From Planctomycetota bacterium (GTDB lineage: Bacteria; Planctomycetota; UBA8108; UBA1146; JAJFFE01), in contig JBFWWP010000004.1 in assembly GCA_050246115.1 (NCBI GenBank), positions 98,521-162,520 on the forward strand: 64,000 nt of DNA, written 5' to 3'. Every line of letters begins with the position of its first letter. Within the stretch, counting starts at the first letter, position 1. Below, piece after piece: positions 57,752-64,000 of this stretch. The notes beneath the pieces are model-generated. The model saw only the letters and a program-made list of their open reading frames with translations. It was not told where the DNA came from and ran no database searches. The translations under genes were made by a program, and so were the position numbers.

Positions 57752-60589
57752 CTACGGACACGGCGGGAAGCTGTTGCAACCCAGACCATCGTTGGTCGGA
57801 TCCGGTCCGCAGATCGGGAACGGCGCCGGCGGCGGAGCTCCGCCACTGAACAGGAACGCGAGGTTCCAGATCGCATCGGCGATGTTCAGATTGCCGTCGT
57901 CGTTCGAGTCGCACGCATCGTCGCACACCGGCGGAGCGGGCACGGTGCCACCGGGGAACAGGAACCCGAGCAATCGGATCCCGTCGGCGATGTCGACCAC
58001 GCCGTCCGCGTTGCAGTCGCCACGAATCAGAGCCTGCACGCCAACAACGGCTTGCGCGGCGGACAACGTGGGATCGTGCTGCGCGGACATGCCTGGATCG
58101 TGGAAACCCGACTGGACCGGGGTATGCACCGCGGAGTGGATCGGGTTGTGGGCCGCGGAGGCCATCGGATCGTGAACCACGGAGAACGACGGATCATGGA
58201 TCGCAGAGTCACCAGCGCTGTGCATGCTGGTCCAGAACGGATCGTGGATCGTCGAAGTCAGCGGCCCGTGCAGCGCACTCTCACCGGGGATGTGAACGCT
58301 CGAGACGCCCGGATTGTGGGTCGCGGACAAGCCCGGATCATGCTGCGCCGAGTTGAACGGCGAGTGTACCGACGACGTGAGCGGATCGTGGTTCGCGGAC
58401 AGCGCCGCGTCGTGGACCACCGACTGCGCGGGGTCGTGCTGCGCCGAAGCCGCCGGATCGTGCATGCCGGACCAGTGAGGATCGTGCACGGTCGAGGTCA
58501 GCGGATTGTGCAACACGCTGTTGGCTGCGTCGTGAACCGACGAGATCGCCGGGTCGTGCGTACCCGAGACCGTCGGGTCGTGCTGATTCGAATTGAACGG
58601 CGAGTGCACGACGCTGATGGACGGATCGTGCTGCGTCGACGTGGTCGCGTCGTGAACGTTGGAGCGGGCCGGGTCGTGAACGACCGACTGCGTGGGATCG
58701 TGCTGCATCGACCAGAACGGGTCGTGCGTGTTCGATCCCAGTGGGTCGTGCTGACCCGACAAGGTCGGCACGTGCACCGTCGAGACCGCCGGGTCGTGGA
58801 TGTCGGACGCCAACGGCCGGTGGACTCCGGACATCAGCGGCGCGTGCACACCGGACACCAACGGATCGTGGTGGTTCGAGTTGAACGGCGAGTGCACCGC
58901 ACTCACCACGGGTACGTGGACTTGCGACAGTCCCGGCTCGTGGATGTTGGTGGTCACCGGGTTGTGGAACTGCGACAACGAGGGGTCGTGTTGCGACGAC
59001 CAGAACGGGTCGTGCACCGCCGAGTTGAACGGGTTGTGGTTGCTGCTGATCCCCGGCTCGTGGATCGGCGAGATCGTCGGGTTGTGGAACGACGACACGC
59101 TCGGACTATGCGTCACCGACTGATCCGGAGCATGGAAGATCGAGTTCAGCACCGGGTGCGAGCCCGACACGAGCGGATCGTGCTGCGACGACAGGGTCGG
59201 AGCATGGAACGGCGACAGCGCCGGGTCGTGTTGGCTCGAGACGAACGGATCGTGTTGAGCCGACATGACCGGAGAGTGCACGGTCGACACTACGGGGTCG
59301 TGCTGCGCGGTCAGGGCCGGGTCGTGCACCGCCGACAAGTTGGGATTGTGCGTCGACGAATCCGCGGCGGTGTGCATGCCGGTCCAGTGAGGATCGTGGA
59401 CGAGCGAGGTCGATGCAATGTGCTGAGAGCTCGGCCCCGGCAAGTGGACGCCGGACACGAACGGGTCGTGGCCGGACCCCGACAAGTTGGGGTTGTGGGC
59501 CGAGAAGGTCGGGTCGTGGCCCGTGGCCGTCAGCATGGGATCGTGCAAGGGCGACAGCGTCGCGTCGTGCTGGCTGGTCACCACTGGGTCGTGGATCGGC
59601 GAGATCGACGGATCGTGCATCGAGGTCCACAACGGATCATGCAGCTGCGAGAACTCCGGCGGGTGAGCTTGGCTCATGCCGGGATCATGCAACGGCGACA
59701 AGCCCGGCACGTGCACCTGCGACACGAACGGCTCGTGCTGGTCGGAGCGAATCGGCGCGTGCATGACCGAAGTCAGCGGCTGGTGCGTGTTGGTCATGGT
59801 CGGATCGTGGACGATCGACTGAGCGGGGTCGTGGGTGCTGGAGATCGCCGTGTCGTGCATGGACGACCAGAACGGGTCGTGGATGTCCGACGTCAGCGGG
59901 TTGTGCAGGCTGCTGCTGGCCGGATCGTGGATCGAGGAGGTCACGGGATCGTGAGTGCCGGACGTCGCGGCGTCGTGCTGCGCCGAGACCATCGGTGCGT
60001 GTACCGATGAGTCGAACGGCTGGTGCACCATCGACTGGTTCGGGTTGTGCAGGATCGACGCCGCGGGTTCGTGGATCGCGGACTGGGCTGCCGTGTGCAT
60101 GCCGGTCCAGTGGGGATCGTGCACATCCGAGGTCAACGGGTTGTGGAGCGTGCTGCTGCCGGGGTCGTGCACGGCGGAGATCGCCGGATCGTGGCCGGTC
60201 GACACGCTCGGGTCGTGCTGCTGGGAGGTCAGCGGTGAGTGGACCGCAGAGTCCAGCGGCGCGTGAATCGGCGACAGGTCTGGATCGTGCAGAATCGACA
60301 CCGCCGGGTCGTGCAACGCCGAGTTCGTGGCCGTGTGCATGCCCGACCAAACCACGTCATGGATGGTCGACGTCAGGGGGTTGTGCAGGGCGCTCTCGCC
60401 CGGGATGTGGACGACCGAAAGCGCTGGGTCGTGCTGAACCGACATCGCCGGATCGTGCTGCGCCGAAGCGCCGGGGTCGTGCAACACCGACGCCACTGGG
60501 TCGTGCGTGGTTTGTGCAAACGAATGCGAGGGCACGCATGCGGCAAACGCGCATACGACTCCCGCGATCACGAGACACTTGCGAAGCAT
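57752..60589 (-). CDS. Secreted protein consisting of ~100 tandem octapeptide repeats (consensus H-D-P-x-x-S-x-x) followed by a C-terminal dockerin module + Cys-rich tail
   Basis: Trimmed to 'MLRKCLVIAGVVCAFAACVPSHSFAQ' (signal peptide) at 60589. Residues ~29-850: 'HDPVASVL HDPGASAQ HDPAMSVQ HDPALSVV ...'. C-terminus: 'LIRGDCNADGVVDIADGIRLLGFLFPGGTVPAPPVCDDACDSNDDGNLNIADAIWNLAFLFSGGAPPPAPFPICGPDPTNDGLGCNSFPPCP'. Confidence 0.8.
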   Translation of the reverse strand: MLRKCLVIAGVVCAFAACVPSHSFAQTTHDPVASVLHDPGASAQHDPAMSVQHDPALSVVHIPGESALHNPLTSTIHDVVWSGMHTATNSALHDPAVSILHDPDLSPIHAPLDSAVHSPLTSQQHDPSVSTGHDPAISAVHDPGSSTLHNPLTSDVHDPHWTGMHTAAQSAIHEPAASILHNPNQSMVHQPFDSSVHAPMVSAQHDAATSGTHDPVTSSIHDPASSSLHNPLTSDIHDPFWSSMHDTAISSTHDPAQSIVHDPTMTNTHQPLTSVMHAPIRSDQHEPFVSQVHVPGLSPLHDPGMSQAHPPEFSQLHDPLWTSMHDPSISPIHDPVVTSQHDATLSPLHDPMLTATGHDPTFSAHNPNLSGSGHDPFVSGVHLPGPSSQHIASTSLVHDPHWTGMHTAADSSTHNPNLSAVHDPALTAQHDPVVSTVHSPVMSAQHDPFVSSQHDPALSPFHAPTLSSQHDPLVSGSHPVLNSIFHAPDQSVTHSPSVSSFHNPTISPIHEPGISSNHNPFNSAVHDPFWSSQHDPSLSQFHNPVTTNIHEPGLSQVHVPVVSAVHSPFNSNHHDPLVSGVHAPLMSGVHRPLASDIHDPAVSTVHVPTLSGQHDPLGSNTHDPFWSMQHDPTQSVVHDPARSNVHDATTSTQHDPSISVVHSPFNSNQHDPTVSGTHDPAISSVHDAANSVLHNPLTSTVHDPHWSGMHDPAASAQHDPAQSVVHDAALSANHDPLTSSVHSPFNSAQHDPGLSATHNPGVSSVHIPGESALHGPLTSTIHDPFWTSMHSAGDSAIHDPSFSVVHDPMASAAHNPIHSAVHTPVQSGFHDPGMSAQHDPTLSAAQAVVGVQALIRGDCNADGVVDIADGIRLLGFLFPGGTVPAPPVCDDACDSNDDGNLNIADAIWNLAFLFSGGAPPPAPFPICGPDPTNDGLGCNSFPPCP
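58045..60505. repeat. 24-bp in-frame tandem repeat array (coding for the HDPxxSxx octads), ~100 units, with a 240-bp super-period
   Basis: On the plus strand 'ggatcgtg' (reverse complement of CAC-GAT-CC = His-Asp-Pro) recurs every 24 nt. The Trp-containing octads (HDPxW[ST][GS]M) recur about every 10 units. Confidence 0.85.
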
Positions 60590-60664
60590 GGAATACCTCC
60601 TCCTCTTTCCTCGTGAACCGCGGCGACGTCCGACAAGGACGAGCGCGCGAGGTCCACGCATCGG

Positions 60665-61936
60665 TTACTGTTCGCCATCCGCTCCGGGTGAAACCGGAGC
60701 ACTGTCTTCGGCGTCCGGCCGCGTTTCCGGGGCCTGACTCTTGGCCTCGTAGCGCGGAATCCCGCGACGCGAGACGTACTCGTAGAAGTCTTCGGCGGCC
60801 TGGGCACGGTCCAAGAAGGTCACGAGGTCGGACCGGGCCAAGTAGCTGTAGTAGCACGCGAGCGCCACACGCATCGGTCGCACTTGATCGGTGTAGTAAC
60901 CGAAGCGGTCGATTCGCCCGCGGAGCGATGGGGCGGCCCGCTGCATGTACTCGCTGATCTTCACCTCATCCGCGTAGTTGTCGGCCAGCTGATCGAACGG
61001 ACCATCATAGTAGTCGTTGCGGTTGGAATTCAGGCGGCGGATCGCCAGCAGCACCTTACGGTTGCCGTGAGCCGCGTCGAGCCAGAAGGCGAAACCGCTG
61101 CGCTGACCGATCAGCAGCTCCGGCCGCTCGGCATCGGGAACGAGGACGTCAGGAACCCCGGGCTCCTCGTTCAACACCCAGAAGAAGTACTCCTTCTTGT
61201 CGTGGAACAAGAGGAAGAACTGGTACCCGGATTCGTCGAAGGTGCGCTCGATGAAGACTTCGTCGGGGCCGAGTTCGAAGCGCTTCGGCGGCACTTGCGG
61301 CAGCGGGTACAAGTGAAAGATGACCTGCTTCCCCCGGTACTTGACGACCCAGTCCAACGGGGTGAGCGACTCGAGGGAGAGCCCTTCTTTCTGCGTGAAG
61401 AACTTCGAGTTGCTGAGGCCCGTCTTCGGTCCCCGCAGTTGCGGAAACTCCACGTACTCGAAGTAGCCGAACGAGACCTCGCCCTCGTCGCGCTTGCCGG
61501 CGGGAATACGAATGTTGCCCCAGATCTGACGGCCGCGAACGTTGAGGATGAAGTAGTAGTAGTTCTCGGACGGGTAGACGACGACCTCGTCGGGCAGGCG
61601 CGAGAAAACATGCCAGAACATCGCGTCCGCGTCGTAGAGGTTGAGCCCCTGGGTGTACAGCCCCTCGATGAAGCGTTGGTTGAGTAGCATGTAGGAGGTT
61701 GGCGATTCGGTGGGCGGCGTCGCGGATGGCGGCGCAGGAGCGGCCGCACCGGCATTCGGTGGAGGATCGGCCGAGAGGATGGCGGCTGGCGGAAGCACGC
61801 CACTCGGGGGCGCCATCGAAGTGCCCGGGCCCGCGCACCCCGATGCAACGGCAGCGGACGCGAGTACCGCGCACATCGCTGCCCGAAGTCCGGCGTGGGA
61901 AGTCGGGCGAGGCAGAAGCCAGGCTGGGAGTCGCAT
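60665..61936 (-). CDS. Hypothetical lipoprotein with Ala/Pro-rich linker and conserved-looking globular domain
   Basis: Trimmed to 'MRLPAWLLPRPTSHAGLRAAMCAVLASAAVASGC' (lipobox-like ASGC) at 61936. Tyr/Phe/Trp-rich globular region ('YPSENYYYFILNVRGRQIWGNIRIP', 'YQFFLLFHDKKEYFFWVLNEEPG'). Confidence 0.5.
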   Translation of the reverse strand: MRLPAWLLPRPTSHAGLRAAMCAVLASAAVASGCAGPGTSMAPPSGVLPPAAILSADPPPNAGAAAPAPPSATPPTESPTSYMLLNQRFIEGLYTQGLNLYDADAMFWHVFSRLPDEVVVYPSENYYYFILNVRGRQIWGNIRIPAGKRDEGEVSFGYFEYVEFPQLRGPKTGLSNSKFFTQKEGLSLESLTPLDWVVKYRGKQVIFHLYPLPQVPPKRFELGPDEVFIERTFDESGYQFFLLFHDKKEYFFWVLNEEPGVPDVLVPDAERPELLIGQRSGFAFWLDAAHGNRKVLLAIRRLNSNRNDYYDGPFDQLADNYADEVKISEYMQRAAPSLRGRIDRFGYYTDQVRPMRVALACYYSYLARSDLVTFLDRAQAAEDFYEYVSRRGIPRYEAKSQAPETRPDAEDSAPVSPGADGEQ

Positions 61937-62361
61937 CGTAGGCACGAAGACACCGATCATGGATGGCCACCTCCCGCAAGCGTGAGTGAGCACGCCAACG
62001 GAGATGGGCGCCACACTCCCGTGTGTTCGAAACTCAACGTGGACTCGCATCGCCCAAATGCGAGAACTCAACTTCTAACTCGTCAAACAGTCGGGCGCAA
62101 CCGAAAAGTTTGTCGTCGCTGCCGCAGGGCGTAGCCCGTGTCGAGCAAGAAGCTGGCCGCTCGGACGGGCGAGTCTGTGCGGGGAAAGGGGGAGGCGGTT
62201 CTCGGAAACGCGAAGGTGTGCCGCGCAGCGCCGTTCCTCGGGGCACCGTGAACGGAGCAGAGCTCGGACCTTGGAGACCCGACTGCACGAGGCCAAAATC
62301 AACAGCGAATTCGCAAGCAACTCTAGTTCGCGCTTGGCGCTACGAGCGCAGCCTTGGCGAC

Positions 62362-63948
62362 TCAGGACGGCGGACTTGGCACCGCTCGCGCCCACGTCAC
62401 GCCCTCTTCTTGCTGAATCCGCTGCAGAGCGGCGGCGGAGGGCGCATCGTCGAGTTGGAAGACCGACAGGGCACTCCCCCCAGCGCGATCGCGGCCGAGG
62501 GAGAGATTCGCAATGTTGAGACCGAGTCCACCCAACACGCCGCCGACTCGGCCCATCATGCCCGGGCGGTCGTCGCTCCGCGTCAGGAGCAGGGGCCCTT
62601 CCAAGGAAGCGTCGAGCAGATACTCGTCCAAACGAACGAGTCGCAGCGAGTTGCGTCCGACGACCGCACCCTCCAAGCGGCGACTGCCGGAAGCGCCCTG
62701 AACCTCGAGGCCAACCCACCGAATCCAGTCGGTCTGTCGCGTCCGACAGCGGAACACGATGTCGAGACCGCGCTCGCGCGCAATCAAGCGCGCGTTCACC
62801 GTGTTCACCAGGACCTCTGCGGAAGGTTGCAGGAAGCCGGCAAGCGCGTGATCGGTCACCAACCGCTGAAGCAAGGCGATGTTGTCTTGGTCTTCGAGCT
62901 CGACCGTCAACGACCGCGGCGCCTCATCCAACGTATGCGCCAAGAGCCAGCCGAGCTGGCGTGCGAGCTGCGCGATCGGGCTGTACCGGGTCGCGTCGTC
63001 GCCCGCGAGGCTCGCCGCATTCACGGCGTTCTCGACGGTCCCGTGCAGGAGATATGCTGCCACCTGCCGTGCACTCGCCGTGGCAACTTGCTCTTGCGCC
63101 TCGACCGTCGAGGCCCCGAGGTGAGGAGTGACGATGATCCGCGGGTGCCCCAGGTAAGGCGAACTGGCCGGTAGCGGCTCTTGGGCGAACACGTCGAGCG
63201 CCGCCCCCCCCACCTGACCACTCGCGAGGGCCGCCAACAACCCGGACTCGTCGACGACCTCCCCGCGACTGCAGTTGACGATCCGGACACCGCGTTTGCA
63301 ACGTGCCAGATTCGCTTCCCCCATGAGCCCACGCGTACCGTCGGTCAGCGGCGTGTGCAGGGTGATGAAGTCGGCGTCCGGCAGCATGTCCTCGAAGGTG
63401 CGAGGCTCGGCTCCCAGCTGCTTGGCGGCGTCCGGCGACAGGAAGGGATCTACGGCGATGACGTTCATGTCGAGCCCCCGCGCCATTCGGGCCACGTGAG
63501 CTCCGACCCGCCCCATGCCGACGATGCCGACGGTCTTGCCCTTGACCTCGGTGCCCGTGAAGTCTTTGCGGTTCCACTTCCCATTGGACAACTGCGCGTG
63601 CGCGAACGGAATGTGGCGCGCCAGACTCATCATGAGCGCCACGGTCAGCTCGGCCGCCGCGCGTGCGTTCGACCCGGGCGTATTCATGACGACGACACCG
63701 TGCTTGGTGGCGGCTTGGAGGTCGACGTTGTCGACGCCGGCACCGGCACGGCAAACGCACCGCAGCTTCGTCGCGCGCTCCAGCAGATCGGCCGTCACTT
63801 GAGTACCGGACCGGACGATCCAACCGTGGATCGAAGGTACGACCTCCTCCAGTCGCTCACTCTGTTCGACGACTTCGAGGCCCGGTTCGGCCAGGAGGAT
63901 CTGACGGGCGTCCGGCGGCAACGGATCCGAAATGAGTACGCGATACAT
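62362..63948 (-). CDS. serA: D-3-phosphoglycerate dehydrogenase (with C-terminal ACT domain)
   Basis: 'GKTVGIVGMGRVGAHVARMARGLDMNVIAVD' NAD Rossmann. 'CSRGEVVDE', 'IVTPHLGASTVEAQE'. C-terminal ASB+ACT region 'LLLTRSDDRPGMMGRVGGVLGGLGLNIANLSLGR'. Confidence 0.93.
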   Translation of the reverse strand: MYRVLISDPLPPDARQILLAEPGLEVVEQSERLEEVVPSIHGWIVRSGTQVTADLLERATKLRCVCRAGAGVDNVDLQAATKHGVVVMNTPGSNARAAAELTVALMMSLARHIPFAHAQLSNGKWNRKDFTGTEVKGKTVGIVGMGRVGAHVARMARGLDMNVIAVDPFLSPDAAKQLGAEPRTFEDMLPDADFITLHTPLTDGTRGLMGEANLARCKRGVRIVNCSRGEVVDESGLLAALASGQVGGAALDVFAQEPLPASSPYLGHPRIIVTPHLGASTVEAQEQVATASARQVAAYLLHGTVENAVNAASLAGDDATRYSPIAQLARQLGWLLAHTLDEAPRSLTVELEDQDNIALLQRLVTDHALAGFLQPSAEVLVNTVNARLIARERGLDIVFRCRTRQTDWIRWVGLEVQGASGSRRLEGAVVGRNSLRLVRLDEYLLDASLEGPLLLTRSDDRPGMMGRVGGVLGGLGLNIANLSLGRDRAGGSALSVFQLDDAPSAAALQRIQQEEGVTWARAVPSPPS

Positions 63949-64000
63949 GCAGGCTGACTCCTCGTTAGACGCACTCCCGTTAGGCGCACTCCTCGTTAGA

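Noticed and set aside
58052-60010. 652-aa plus-strand ORF ('MRGGQRGIVLRGHAWIVETR...') across the tandem-repeat region
   Set aside because: It is the antisense reading of the 24-bp HDP repeat array; it is itself periodic (R/V/H-rich), with no start context or signal peptide. The minus-strand ORF has a signal peptide and a C-terminal dockerin.
58045-60505. Possible CRISPR array (regular short repeats)
   Set aside because: Units are contiguous 24-bp repeats with no interspersed unique spacers, and they are in-frame coding sequence of a secreted protein.

Overview
High-G+C (by eye roughly 65-70%) bacterial chromosomal segment. Core housekeeping genes (metK, secA, pyrD, purF, serA, xerD, waaA, a thiolase, oxyR, a P1B-type ATPase) are interspersed with an unusual set of secreted accessory proteins. 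The closest lineage fit, by inference only, is the PVC superphylum / Planctomycetota, because of a prepilin-leader+DUF1559 protein, a lipoprotein secretin, many dockerin modules, and an orphan sigma-54 activator. The most striking content is a dispersed cohesin-dockerin-like surface-assembly system. Five unrelated secreted proteins carry a dockerin module: a PQQ-type sugar-dehydrogenase propeller + PKD protein; a YadA-head-like repeat protein with an N-terminal half-dockerin; a lipase; a ~100-copy 'HDPxxSxx' octapeptide-repeat protein; and a scaffoldin-like protein with two cohesin-like domains. All but the YadA-head-like one have the dockerin at the C-terminus, followed by a conserved Cys-rich tail (CGxDPTxDxLxC-x4-5-CP). 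Also present are two dispersed non-coding repeat families (a MITE-like element with ~25-bp terminal inverted repeats in 3 copies, and a ~200-bp element in 2 loci with internal 67-bp tandem triplication); an ECF sigma / anti-sigma / PDZ operon with a recognisable ECF-type promoter; an N-hydroxylating monooxygenase + methyltransferase pair; a tandem Usp with a histone-H1-like Lys/Ala tail; and two long non-coding gaps with strong hairpins. The ORF track uses alternative start codons and reports longest ORFs, so many 5' ends were trimmed by hand to the first plausible start (signal peptide, RBS, homology onset). Many long R/P-rich ORFs in the track are antisense or off-frame artefacts of the high G+C and were rejected.
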